A stretch of 31,849 bases of DNA, from assembly GCA_963825055.1 (NCBI GenBank), contig CAWGSK010000032.1, positions 1-31,849 on the forward strand. Direction: 5' to 3'. The notes under the pieces were generated by a model. It saw only the letters and a program-made list of their open reading frames with translations, did no database searches and was not told the origin of the DNA. The translations under genes were made by a program, and so were the position numbers. Source of the DNA: an uncultured Gemmatimonadales bacterium (GTDB lineage Bacteria > Gemmatimonadota > Gemmatimonadetes > Gemmatimonadales > GWC2-71-9). Positions 8,754 to 18,451 of this stretch are shown here, one piece after another (positions within the stretch are counted from its first letter, which is position 1; each line of letters begins with the position of its first letter).

Positions 8754-9134
8754 ATGAAGATCAGGAAACTCACCCCCCTTATCACCGTCGAACGGATCGA
8801 ACCCTGCCTGAGTTTCTGGGAAGAGCGCCTGGGATTCACCCGGACCGTGGAAGTGCCCCAGGGGGACGCGCTGGGTTTCACGATTCTGGAGCGCGACGGC
8901 ATCGAGGTCATGTACCAGAGCCGGGCGAGCGTGGCGGCGGACGTCCCCGCGCTCGCGGACGACGGTTCCCGCACGCTGCTCTACCTCGAGGTCGAGTCAC
9001 TGGACGGGATCATCCCCTCGCTGGATCCCGCTTCGGTTGTGGTGCCACGCCGGAAGACCTTCTACGGGGCTGACGAGATCTTCGTCCGGGCGCCCTGTGG
9101 TACTGTGGTCGGATTTGCGGCCCACGGCAAATGA
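8754..9134 (+). CDS. VOC/glyoxalase family protein
   Basis: LTPLITV..FWEERLGF; KTFYGADEIFVRAPCG; GGAG before ATG 8754. Confidence 0.85.
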   Translation: MKIRKLTPLITVERIEPCLSFWEERLGFTRTVEVPQGDALGFTILERDGIEVMYQSRASVAADVPALADDGSRTLLYLEVESLDGIIPSLDPASVVVPRRKTFYGADEIFVRAPCGTVVGFAAHGK

Positions 9135-9703
9135 ACCCGGTGGAGGTTCTCACCACGCCCGACCTCGTGGTCCTCAGTCTGCTTGCCGAGCTGCCGATGC
9201 ATGGCTATCAGCTGGCACTCGAACTCGAGCGGCGAGAGGTGAAAGACTGGGCCGGCATTTCCCGGCCTCAGGTGTATTACTCGCTGCGGAAGCTGGCGCG
9301 CCTCGGGCTCGTGGAAGAAGCCCCCGATCCGGGGGCGGCCCGGGGGCCGGACAGGCAGCCGTGGCGACCGACCGGAGCGGGCATGGAAGCCCTCTCCGAC
9401 GCGCTGGAAGTGCCGTCCTGGGCCACGCGCCGGCCACCGCCACCGTTTCTCACCTGGCTGGCGCTGTCGCATCTCGCCCGGCCCGGAGTGGTCGAAGTCC
9501 AGATCGGGCGACGGTCCCGGTTCCTGCGCGGGGAGCTGGAACGGGAGCGCGCTACGCGGTCGGACCTGTGTAATGCCTCAGGCCCGATGGCACAGTCAGC
9601 CCGCTGGATGGTGGAGTTGACGATCCGGCACATGGAGGTGGAGTTGGCCTGGCTCGACGAAATGCGCACCGATTCCAGGGTGGGAAATACGGCCCCGGCC
9701 TGA
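9131..9703 (+). CDS. PadR family transcriptional regulator
   Basis: LSLLAELPMHGYQL..QVYYSLRKL..GLV wHTH; C-terminal E.ELAWL helix; ATGA-coupled to the VOC gene. Confidence 0.88.
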   Translation: MNPVEVLTTPDLVVLSLLAELPMHGYQLALELERREVKDWAGISRPQVYYSLRKLARLGLVEEAPDPGAARGPDRQPWRPTGAGMEALSDALEVPSWATRRPPPPFLTWLALSHLARPGVVEVQIGRRSRFLRGELERERATRSDLCNASGPMAQSARWMVELTIRHMEVELAWLDEMRTDSRVGNTAPA

Positions 9704-9709
9704 CCCCGC

Positions 9710-10954
9710 TTATTCGTGACGAATGGCGTCGATGGGGGAGAGTCGTGCCGCCCGGAGCGCGGGATAGGTACCGAAGGCGAGCCCGATCACGATGGCGGCC
9801 GTTGCGGCGAAGATCACCGTGGGCCAGGTGAACGCGGCCTGGATCGGGCCGCCGGATTTCGCCCGCATGATGGCCGTGACGAGGAACGCTCCGCCCAGCC
9901 CCAGGAGCACGCCGAGGAACGCCCCCACACCCGTAATGGTGACGGATTCGGCCAGGAACTGGAACATGATGTCCCGCTGACGCGCACCGGTGGCCTTCCG
10001 GATGCCGATCTCGCGGGTCCGCTCGGCCACCGCGGCCAGCAGGACGTTCATGATTCCGATGCCGCCGACCAGCAGCGAGATCCCGGTGATCGCGCCCATG
10101 AAGAGCTTGAACAGCAGCATGCCCCGACGCGCCTGCTCCACCCGACCCTGCTGGGTCTGCACTTCGGCCTGGTTCCCTCCCGGCCACCGCTCCGCGAGCC
10201 ACGCCTCGGCGCTCCGGCGCATCGATTCGACGTCCTCGACCGTCGCCGCCCGCGCGAGCAGCTGGGCCGGGTCTCCGGTGCGGGCGGCAAAGGCGCCGTC
10301 AGCCGCCGGGAGCGGGACGAAGGCCATGCGCTGGTCTGCACCGCCAGCCCTGGTGACCCCGATGACCGTCCATGGGCTGCCACCGAGGTAGATCGTGTCG
10401 CCGACGGAAGCCGTGCCTCGGCGCGTGGCCGAGTCCTGCGCCAGCGCCGAGGCCAGACCCGGCGTGATCACGACCACGCGGGTGCCCTGGCGTGCCTCTG
10501 TCTCCGTGAAGAAGCGACCCGTGTCGATGTCGACCATGGCGACCGCCGGGTAACCGGCGCTGGTGCCGACGAGCACGGCCGCGCGGGGGCGCGCGCCGGG
10601 GCGGAGGGAGGCCAGGGTCCGGCCGTTCCGCGTGACGGTTACCGTTCCAACGGTCCCGAGCCTTCCCCCCATCTGCTCCGCATCATCCAGGGTGAAGTGG
10701 ACATAGTCCTCACGGGGAAAGCGCTGGCCGTCCACCTCCCTCGAGGTGCGGGGGACGACGGCCATCACCTGGAGGCTGGACGTGGTTGCAATCTGCTCGC
10801 GGGCATACCGCTCGAGGCCGTCGCCCACCGCGAATACCGCGACGAGCGAGGCCACCCCCATGATGATGCCGAGGGTGGAGAGCAGGGTCCGGAGTGGATT
10901 GACCCGCAGGGCCTGAAGGGCGATACGGCCGGATTCGACCAGCGATGAATTCAT
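9710..10954 (-). CDS. ABC transporter permease, MacB/FtsX family
   Basis: LRTLLSTLGIIMGVAS; LLVGGIGIMNVLL..ERTREIGIRKA.GA; YPA.RAA.L.PIDAIRHE. Confidence 0.92.
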   Translation of the reverse strand: MNSSLVESGRIALQALRVNPLRTLLSTLGIIMGVASLVAVFAVGDGLERYAREQIATTSSLQVMAVVPRTSREVDGQRFPREDYVHFTLDDAEQMGGRLGTVGTVTVTRNGRTLASLRPGARPRAAVLVGTSAGYPAVAMVDIDTGRFFTETEARQGTRVVVITPGLASALAQDSATRRGTASVGDTIYLGGSPWTVIGVTRAGGADQRMAFVPLPAADGAFAARTGDPAQLLARAATVEDVESMRRSAEAWLAERWPGGNQAEVQTQQGRVEQARRGMLLFKLFMGAITGISLLVGGIGIMNVLLAAVAERTREIGIRKATGARQRDIMFQFLAESVTITGVGAFLGVLLGLGGAFLVTAIMRAKSGGPIQAAFTWPTVIFAATAAIVIGLAFGTYPALRAARLSPIDAIRHE

Positions 10955-10972
10955 GGCTGGACAAGATAAACA

Positions 10973-10995
10973 CCGGCGGGCATAAAACCCGCCGG
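10973..10995 (-). terminator. Intrinsic terminator after the 11012-11605 lipoprotein gene
   Basis: 8-bp stem CCGGCGGG/CCCGCCGG followed on the minus strand by TGTTTATCTT. Confidence 0.65.
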
Positions 10996-11011
10996 CCCCG
11001 GAGGTGCGGTT

Positions 11012-11605
11012 TCAGAGTCGATCGATGACCAGTGCCGCGAGTTTCCGGGCACGGTCGCGGGCCTTCGCCTGATCGGGGTCGTCAGCGTCACCCAGACGAC
11101 CCGCACTGGTCGTGATGATATGATGGTCGGTGTACGTCGTCTGGGAGCCGTACTCGGGGGTGAACCAGGCCACGCGCCCAACCCCGGAGACCGGCTCGCT
11201 GGCTTCAATGACCTCGAGGGACAGCCGCTCGGCGCTCCCTTCCTCCGTGCCTTCCGCCTCCGACCGGGCTTCGGCAACCATCGCGTCATAGTTGCCCGGT
11301 ACGTCCAGCTTCGGCTGGTACACTACCTGGATGGAAACCGTCCGGCTGGAGGACTCGGCGTCATAGTAGCACTGGGAGATGGAGGAGCCCATCTGCCGGT
11401 CCACGTGATGCACGCCTTCCCGACCCTGCGCGACCGGTTCCCCCAGGAGGTCCGCGGCTTCGCTGCGACTCACCAGCGCGCAGGCGTCGATTTCGGCGGA
11501 GCCGGTCGGGGTGTCGTTCGAGGCGGTCTTGTCTCCGGCATCGCCACCGCACTTCGCCCCACCCAGTACGGCGATGCAGGCCAGGGAAATCAGGATGTTG
11601 CGCAT
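11012..11605 (-). CDS. Hypothetical lipoprotein (DUF3558-like 'DAC.LVS..E' motif)
   Basis: AAGGAG before ATG 11605; hydrophobic leader ending in Cys; IDACALVSRSEAADLLG..SQCYY. Confidence 0.7.
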   Translation of the reverse strand: MRNILISLACIAVLGGAKCGGDAGDKTASNDTPTGSAEIDACALVSRSEAADLLGEPVAQGREGVHHVDRQMGSSISQCYYDAESSSRTVSIQVVYQPKLDVPGNYDAMVAEARSEAEGTEEGSAERLSLEVIEASEPVSGVGRVAWFTPEYGSQTTYTDHHIITTSAGRLGDADDPDQAKARDRARKLAALVIDRL

Positions 11606-11649
11606 GCTCACTCCTTTCGCCGCCGGGCGGCGCTGCTGAATGGACGGCT

Positions 11650-12572
11650 TCATCGTGTCGGAAGGCCCAGGCGGCCCTTCCGGACCTCGCCCAGGTCGGT
11701 CTCTCCCTCTCCCCATGCCACCCGGATATGCCCGTCCGGATCGGTGACGGCACTGGAGCCGGCGGGGAATGTCCGGAGTGCCTTGCCGGTGCTGTCCTCC
11801 ACCACCCACCGGAGGTCGTCTCGCGTGGCCCGCGCGGCGAGCGTGTATCCGTTGGCCAGGTGGACTTCGTGGCCGGGCTGGGCCTGGATCGTGTGGCGAA
11901 CCAGGAGCAGAGGGGCGACCATCTGTACGGGTGCCGGCGATGCGCGCCGGAGCGCCGGCTTTTTCCCGGGCTTGGGAGAAGGAGGGGGAGGTGGCGGCGC
12001 CTTGGAGCTGGGCCCGGTGCTCAGGGCGACGGCCTCAGCCATGCTCGTCCTGCCCCTTGTGATGGGGCGGTTCGCCTTCCAGGCTTCATCCAGCGCAAAG
12101 AGCCCGGTGTTATTGTGGTAGTCGGCGCCGTTGCACGCCGCGGTGGTGATCATTGGATCGTCGCTGCAGAGGAAGACGCTCCGGACTTCACCACCAATTA
12201 CCTGTCCCGCCCACTCGAAGCCGCCGATGATCCGGAATCGCTCGGTCAATGCCTGCTTCGTCGCATTCCAGTGGGTGACCGCGTCCACCGGGAACTCGCG
12301 GATCAGCCAGGCCCCTTTCTGCGTACCCACCCATTTGTGGTCCTTCTCCACTCTCTTGATGAACTGGCAGGACCCCGTGAAGTGGTAGGTATGGTTCCCG
12401 GCACCCGGCAGCCCGCCTGACTCCTTGAGATGGACGCCGGAGCAGTCAGTGACGTAGGAGGTGGTGGTCGTATGCGTCGATGAACGGCAGCTGCGCCACC
12501 CCGGCCTGCGGGGCGGAAGGCCAGCAGGCCCGCGAGGAGCCAGCAGAAGGGGGGCCGTCCTGTCCGTGCCAT
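11650..12572 (-). CDS. Secreted hypothetical protein with Pro-rich linker (apparent frameshifts near 12515 and 12475)
   Basis: GGAGG then ATG 12572 (MARTGRPPFCWLLAGLLA), next frame PQAGVAQLPF, then the frame of ORF 11650-12351, which is open upstream (TTTTSYVTDCSGV..YHFTGSC). Confidence 0.6.
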
Positions 12573-12601
12573 GGGGCCTCCGTTGAAGGGTTCACTCCCC
12601 T

Positions 12602-12630
12602 GAACGTCAGGCCCGGCCGGGCGGGGCCAG
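12602..12630 (-). promoter_or_regulatory. ECF-type promoter CTGGCCCC-N16-CGTTC (copy 1)
   Basis: Minus strand CTGGCCCCGCCCGGCCGGGCCTGACGTTC, 30 nt before ATG 12572; identical boxes at 13301-13329. Confidence 0.7.
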
Positions 12631-12703
12631 AGCCCCCTGCTTGACATCGCCGCCCGCGAGAACGCAACTTGGCCGTACCCCCTCTTCCCTTTTCCCGGAT
12701 CCA

Positions 12704-13285
12704 ATGACCGACTCCCCATCTTCTGCCGGGGCAGTCACCGACCTCCTCGCACGTGTCCGAGCCGGTGACGCCACGGCCATGGACCGGCTGTTCACCCTGG
12801 TGTATGCCGATCTCAAGTCGCGCGCGCGGCAGCAACTGGCCCGGGGAAGGCCCGGCGAGACGCTGGATACCACGGCCGTGGTGCATGAGGCCTATCTCAA
12901 GCTGGTGGACAGCCGCCACACCGCCTACAACGACCGGGTGCACTTCTTCGCGGTTGCTTCCCGTGCCATGCGCCAGATCCTGGTGGATGCTGCCCGGAAG
13001 AAGCGCGCGGCCAAGCGGGGGGCCGGCGTGCCGGCGGTCTCCCTCGCCGGGGTCGCCGACGAGACCGCTGGCCGGACCGTGGAACTCATTGCCCTGGATG
13101 ACGCGCTGGTGGAGCTGGCGGCCCTCGACCAACGGCTGGCCCGGGTGGTGGAACTTCGCTTCTTCGGCGGACTCTCCACCGAGGAGATCGCGGAGGCCAT
13201 GGGAAGCTCTCCCCGAACGGTGAAGCGTGACTGGCAGAAGGCGAGGGCCCTCCTGCTCGATGCCATCGGTCATCCACCCGACTGA
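12704..13285 (+). CDS. ECF sigma factor, TIGR02999 family (kinase-associated, ECF43/EcfK-like)
   Basis: VTDLL..GD..AMDRLF.LVY; TLDTTAVVHEAYLKL; AMRQILVD.AR...AKRG; VELRFFGGL..TVKRDW..ARA; adjacent kinase. Confidence 0.93.
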   Translation: MTDSPSSAGAVTDLLARVRAGDATAMDRLFTLVYADLKSRARQQLARGRPGETLDTTAVVHEAYLKLVDSRHTAYNDRVHFFAVASRAMRQILVDAARKKRAAKRGAGVPAVSLAGVADETAGRTVELIALDDALVELAALDQRLARVVELRFFGGLSTEEIAEAMGSSPRTVKRDWQKARALLLDAIGHPPD

Positions 13286-13300
13286 CCTCGCGGTCACATG

Positions 13301-13329
13301 CTGGCCCCCGGGCGCCGCCATTTCCGTTC
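13301..13329 (+). promoter_or_regulatory. ECF-type promoter CTGGCCCC-N16-CGTTC (copy 2)
   Basis: CTGGCCCCCGGGCGCCGCCATTTCCGTTC between the sigma stop and the kinase ATG 13343. Confidence 0.7.
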
Positions 13330-13342
13330 TGCGTGGTAGACC

Positions 13343-16155
13343 ATGACACTCTCTGCCTCCAACCGCTGGCCTGAACTGGAACCACTCCTGGACCAGGCGC
13401 TTGACCTGCCGCGGGCCGCGCGGGCTGCATTCGTGGACACCGCCTGTCAGGGAGACCCCGACTTGCGCAGGCGACTGCAGGCACTGCTGGAAGCCGACGA
13501 TTCCACCGGCGGCCTGCTTGATGCCCCGGTCAGCGTCGTGGCCGCGGACCTGCTGGAGTCGTCATCACCCCTGCCGCCACCGGTCCGGCTCGGAGCGTAT
13601 CGGATCGTGAAGGAAATCGGCCACGGGGGGATGGGCACCGTCTTCCTGGGCGAGCGCGACGACGGCGCGTTTGAACAGCAGGTCGCCCTCAAGGTGGTCC
13701 GCGGCGTGGCGGCCCATGAGTCGCTGATGTCGCGATTCCTGACCGAGCGCCGGATCCAGGCCCGGCTGGCCCATCCGAACATCGCGCGCCTGCTGGATGG
13801 AGGATCCACAGACACCGGCGAACCGTGGTTCGCGATGGAATACGTGGACGGCGAGCCCATCACGACCTGGTGTGAGCGTCACGGGCTTGATGTTGGTGCG
13901 CGCGTGCGCCTCTTCCTGGAGGTGTGCGAGGCCGTGCGGTATGCGCACGCCCGGCACATCGTGCACCGCGACCTGAAGCCGTCCAATCTCCTGGTGACGG
14001 AGGACGGGCAGCCCAAACTGCTGGACTTCGGCATTGCCCGCCTGGTGGAACCCGGCGCACAGGCGGACGCCGGAGACACGCGCACCGGCATGTGGGCGAT
14101 GACGCCGGAGTATGCCGCTCCCGAGCAGGTCCGCGGCGAAGCCGCCACTCCGGCCACGGACGTGTATGGCCTGGGCGCCGTCCTGTACGAGCTGCTCACC
14201 GGCGAGCGGGTGCATCGCTTCGAGCGACGCACCCCCGCGGAGTTCGAGCGTGTGGTCTGTGGGGTGGAGCCCGCGCCGCCGGGCTCGGTGGCGCGACGCA
14301 TCGGCCGTACTGTTGACGCCGACCTCGAGACCATCGTCCTGAAGGCGCTGCAGAAGGACCCGTCCCGGCGGTACGCAACGGCCGGTCTCCTGCTCGACGA
14401 CCTCCAGCGCCGGGAAGCGGGCCTGCCGATCCGGGCCCGGCCGGACTCCCCATGGTACCGCACGCGGAAATTCATGGCGCGCCACCGTACGGCCGTGCTC
14501 GCCGCGACGGCGGTGATGGTCGCCCTCGCCGGGGGGTTACTCGCCACGGCCCGACAGGCGCGCATCGCACGGGAAGAGGCCGGCCGCGCCACCGCCTCGC
14601 GCGACTTCCTGCTCGGGCTGTTCGAGGGTGCGACGCCAGAGGTGGCGCTGGGTCGGGAGGTCACCGCCCGCGACCTTCTCGATCGCGGCGCCGCGACCGT
14701 CGGACTCCAGCCTGGCGGACCGACCCCGGCTCCACGCCGAAATGCTCTCCGAACTGGGAGAGGCCTATCGCGCGCTGGGCCTCTATCCCCGCGCCGACAC
14801 ACTGGAGCGGCGGGCCATCGCCGTGGCGGCCCGGCGTGGACGATGGTGACGGCATGCTCTCGGCGGCTGTCCTGCTGACCCGGGGCAGGCTTCTCCGGGC
14901 GATGGGTCACGATGCTGCCGCCGAGTCGGTGTTGACGCGTTCACTCGCCATTCACCGCCGCCGGGCGCCGGGAGATGTGGCGGGGGTGACCGGGGTGCTG
15001 AGCGAGCTTGCCTCGAGCGTGAAGGATCTGGGTCGTTCGGAAGAGGCGATCCGGTTGATGCGGGAAGTCCTTGCCGTGGATGTGCGGGAGTATGGGCCGG
15101 ACCACGAGGAGGTCGCTTCCGACCTCAACCTGCTGGGCGTGATCTACGATGAGAGCGGGCAACTGGACGCCGCCGACAGCATGTATCGGGCAGCGGTCGC
15201 GATTCAACGCCATCGATTGGCTCCAGGGCACCCTGACCTGGTATCGTCACTGGAGAATCTTGCTGGAGTCCTGCGACAACTCAGCCATTATCCGGAGGCC
15301 GAAAGCCTGCTGACCGAGTCCCTGGAGCAGCGCCGTCGCGTCCAGGGGCCCGATCACCCGGAGCTCGCTTTTGCACAGAACGCACTGGCGGTGCTGTACG
15401 AAGAACAGGGCCGCTACGCGGAGGCTGAGTCGCTGCATCTGGCCGCGCTGGATCTGCGAAGGCGCACGCTGGGGCCTGACCACCCCATGACACTCCTGTC
15501 GATGAGCAACCTTGCCGTCGTGCGCTATCGCAAGCAGGACCTGGAAGGGGCCGCCGCCGCCTTCCGCGCGGCGGCCGAGGGTTTCCGCCGTACTGAGGGA
15601 ATCCATCACGTCAACTACGCCACGGCGACCAACAATCTCGGCGTGGTGCTTACCGGTCTGGGCCGCTACGCCGAGGCGGAACCGCTCCTGCGTGAAGCCC
15701 TGGAACTCCGCCTCGAGAAACAGGGGGACTCCACTGTGGATGTGGCCATGTCCTACACCAATCTGGGTGTGGTCGCGCAGAAGCGTGGCCGGCTGGCAGA
15801 GGCCGATTCCCTGTTCCGGCTTGCCCTGCGCCTCTTCCGGAGGCTGTACGATGTTCCGAATCTCCGTACCGCCGGCGTGTTGACCGGACTGGGCGAGGTC
15901 GAGGCGGCACGGGGGCACCCCGCAGAGGGCGAATCATCCCTCCGGGAGGCCATGGCGATCCGGGACAGCCTCCTGGTGGCGGACGACGCCCGTCGGGCGG
16001 AGGTCCGGCTGTCCCTGGGCCGGGTCCTCATCGCCCGGAAGCAGTGGGAGGATGCCCGGAAGGTCCTTCTCGGCGCGGACAGTATCTTCCGGGCAGCGGG
16101 CCGCCCGGCCGATGCTGACAGCGCCATCCACCTGCTGACCCGACTGCCCCGCTGA
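13343..16155 (+). CDS. Hanks-type Ser/Thr kinase - TM - TPR repeat protein (two apparent +1 frameshifts near 14702 and 14832)
   Basis: GHGGMG, VALK, HRDLKPSN, DFG, APE intact; TM helix. Continues via ORF 14628-14849 (LADRPRLHAEMLSELGEAY) into the TPR repeats of 14452-16155 (G.DHP..A..NNL). Confidence 0.9.
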
Positions 16156-16268
16156 CCGCCACCCCTCCCCGCGTGGTCGCCCCAAGTCCTTACTCCACAA
16201 CATGATAAACTGCCACTGACGGGGGAGTGTGACCCCGGGGCATCACGTCCGGGCGGGTGCGGCGTGTT

Positions 16269-16297
16269 CCAACCTTTTATCCTGCTGTCCTATCCAA
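16269..16297 (+). promoter_or_regulatory. Candidate ECF autoregulatory promoter CCAAC-N17-TATCCAA
   Basis: AAC core with the same 17-nt spacer as the ECF-1 motif, ending 10 nt before ATG 16307; only one copy seen. Confidence 0.4.
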
Positions 16298-16306
16298 ACT
16301 GTTGCA

Positions 16307-16879
16307 ATGACGACTCGTGCCGCGGAGACGAGGCTGAACCCGAAACCCGATGTCCTGCCGGTTGACCAGGATGCCGTGGACGCCACGCTGGCGGCGGCCG
16401 GGGATACGTCCGCCTTCGAGCGGCTGTACCGGCGGCATGTGGGGCGGATTCACGGGCTGGCCCGGCGGATGATCAACGATGAGGAAGCCGACGACGTGAC
16501 GCAGGCCGTGTTCATCCGTACCTGGGACAAGCTGGACACCTTCCGTGGCGAGTCTGCCTTTGGGACGTGGCTGCACCGCCTGGCGGTGAACGTGATCCTG
16601 GCCCGGCGGTCGGTGCTGGGGACGGAGCGGCGGAGGATGCAGGGCGGGGAGGACGTCAGCGAGACCTTCGCGACCCGCCCTGCGCGGCCCGACCTCTCGA
16701 TGGATTTCGAGGCGGCGATCGGGCGCCTGCCCGAGGGAGCCCGGCGGGTGTTCGTCCTCCACGACGTGGAAGGTTACAAACACGAGGAAATCGCCGAGCA
16801 GCTCGGAATCGTGGCCGGCACCTCGAAAGCGCAGTTGCACCGGGCGCGCATGGCGCTCCGTCAGTACCTGGAACGATAG
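16307..16879 (+). CDS. ECF RNA polymerase sigma factor (ECF-2), paralog of ECF-1
   Basis: ADDVTQAVFIRTW..FRGESAFGTWLHRLAVN; LPEGARRVFVLHDVEGYKHEEIA..GTSKAQLHRAR. Confidence 0.94.
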   Translation: MTTRAAETRLNPKPDVLPVDQDAVDATLAAAGDTSAFERLYRRHVGRIHGLARRMINDEEADDVTQAVFIRTWDKLDTFRGESAFGTWLHRLAVNVILARRSVLGTERRRMQGGEDVSETFATRPARPDLSMDFEAAIGRLPEGARRVFVLHDVEGYKHEEIAEQLGIVAGTSKAQLHRARMALRQYLER

Positions 16880-16890
16880 GAAGGTCGACG

Positions 16891-17571
16891 ATGCATGATC
16901 CCTGGACGGACCGGTTGTCCGAATACCTCGACGGCGAGCTGGCCGCTCCTGAATCCGAGGCGCTCGAGGCACACCTGGCGGTCTGCGAACATTGCCGGGA
17001 GAACCTGGCCGGGTTGACCGCGGTGGTCGAGCGGGCGCGGTCGCTGCCGGAACGCGAGCCCGCGGTTGATCTCTGGCCGGGCATTGCCGCGGGCATCGGT
17101 GGCCGGCGTGGGGCTTCGGTCCGGCCGATCCGGCCTCGGACCGCGAGGCGGTTCAGCTTTACGATGCCGCAGCTGGCCGCGGCTGCACTGTTTCTGATGG
17201 CGATGTCGGGTGGAGCAGCCTGGCTCCTGCGGCCCGGCGCGCCGGTGGAGCGCACGCCGCTGCCGGTGGCCGGGGGCGCCGCCCCGGCCGTGATCCGCAC
17301 CACTGGCGCATCACGGGACCCGGTCTCGTATGACCACGCCATCCAGGAGTTGCAGGAGGTGCTGGAACGGCACAGCGGGGACCTGGACAGTTCCACGGTT
17401 CGGGTCCTCACGGAGAACCTTGCGCTGATTGACCGGGCCATCGCCCAGGCGCGGAACGCGCTGGCTTCGGACCCGAGCGATGAATACCTGACCGAGCACC
17501 TGGCCGAGACGATGCGGCGGAAGCTTGAACTGTTGCGGCGCGCGGCCAACCTGACCGCCTCCGCCACCTGA
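16891..17571 (+). CDS. zf-HC2 (ZAS) transmembrane anti-sigma factor
   Basis: LSEYLDGEL..HLAVCEHC; DLWPGI; TM QLAAAALFLMAMSGGAAW; helical C-terminal domain. Confidence 0.88.
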   Translation: MHDPWTDRLSEYLDGELAAPESEALEAHLAVCEHCRENLAGLTAVVERARSLPEREPAVDLWPGIAAGIGGRRGASVRPIRPRTARRFSFTMPQLAAAALFLMAMSGGAAWLLRPGAPVERTPLPVAGGAAPAVIRTTGASRDPVSYDHAIQELQEVLERHSGDLDSSTVRVLTENLALIDRAIAQARNALASDPSDEYLTEHLAETMRRKLELLRRAANLTASAT

Positions 17572-17586
17572 ACACGGAGTACAACG

Positions 17587-18423
17587 ATGTTGCTCACACT
17601 CGCCGCTGGAGTCCTTCTCCTCGGCATGCAGGGAGACACCACGGTCGCGGTCAGTCGCGGCATGCGCCTGGAGCTGAACCAGCACCAGGGGAGCATCACG
17701 GTCCGGACCTGGGACCGGCCGTCCGTGAAAGTGGCCGCCACCGGTTCCGACCGGATCACGCCGCGGGTTGTGGTCAGCCGCAGCGCAATCCGCGTCACCG
17801 GGGTGGGCCGTCGCCACGGGATCGAGGAGATGGACTTCACCCTGACCGTGCCGCGCTGGCTCGACCTCGACCTCTCCACCCATCAGGGCGATATCCGGGT
17901 GGACGGCAGCGAGGGGCGGCTCAGCCTGCACTCGGTGGAAGGTGATGTGGAGGTGCAGGGAGGCCGCGAGCTCATCTCGGTCCAGACGGTCGAGGGGATC
18001 GTGACGATCCGTGGGGCGCGCGGGAGGGTCGAGGTGAATGCCGTCGAGGGCGACCTCCGGCTCACGGGGGTCTCCGGCTCGATCCGGGCGCAGTCAGTGG
18101 ACGGGGACGTGACGATGGAGGACGTCGACCTGACCGAGCTCGACGTGAATACGGTGGATGGCGACATCTCGTTCCGCGGCCCGATCCGTCCCTCCGGTCG
18201 ATATCGCATCAATACCCACGATGGCGACATCGTCGTGAACCTGACGCAGGACCTCAACGCGGTAGTGTCGGTGTCCACCTTCGATGGGAACTTCGAGGCG
18301 GGATTTCCCGTCACGATTACGGGGACCAGCAAGCGGCAGTTCCGGTTTACGGTCGGCTCGGGGGCGGCGAACCTCGACCTGGAGAGCTTCGACGGCAACA
18401 TCTACCTCAGGCGCGCGCGCTGA
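17587..18423 (+). CDS. DUF4097 family beta-strand repeat protein
   Basis: Signal-like N-terminus; repeated (S/T)V(E/D)GD(V/I) units. Confidence 0.85.
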   Translation: MLLTLAAGVLLLGMQGDTTVAVSRGMRLELNQHQGSITVRTWDRPSVKVAATGSDRITPRVVVSRSAIRVTGVGRRHGIEEMDFTLTVPRWLDLDLSTHQGDIRVDGSEGRLSLHSVEGDVEVQGGRELISVQTVEGIVTIRGARGRVEVNAVEGDLRLTGVSGSIRAQSVDGDVTMEDVDLTELDVNTVDGDISFRGPIRPSGRYRINTHDGDIVVNLTQDLNAVVSVSTFDGNFEAGFPVTITGTSKRQFRFTVGSGAANLDLESFDGNIYLRRAR

Positions 18424-18451
18424 GCGGCGCCACGTGCGAAAGGATCGAACC

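Noticed and set aside
12641..12670. sigma70 promoter for the TIGR02999 sigma (perfect TTGACA)
   Set aside because: The -10 candidate (CAACTT) is poor; possible but not supportable.
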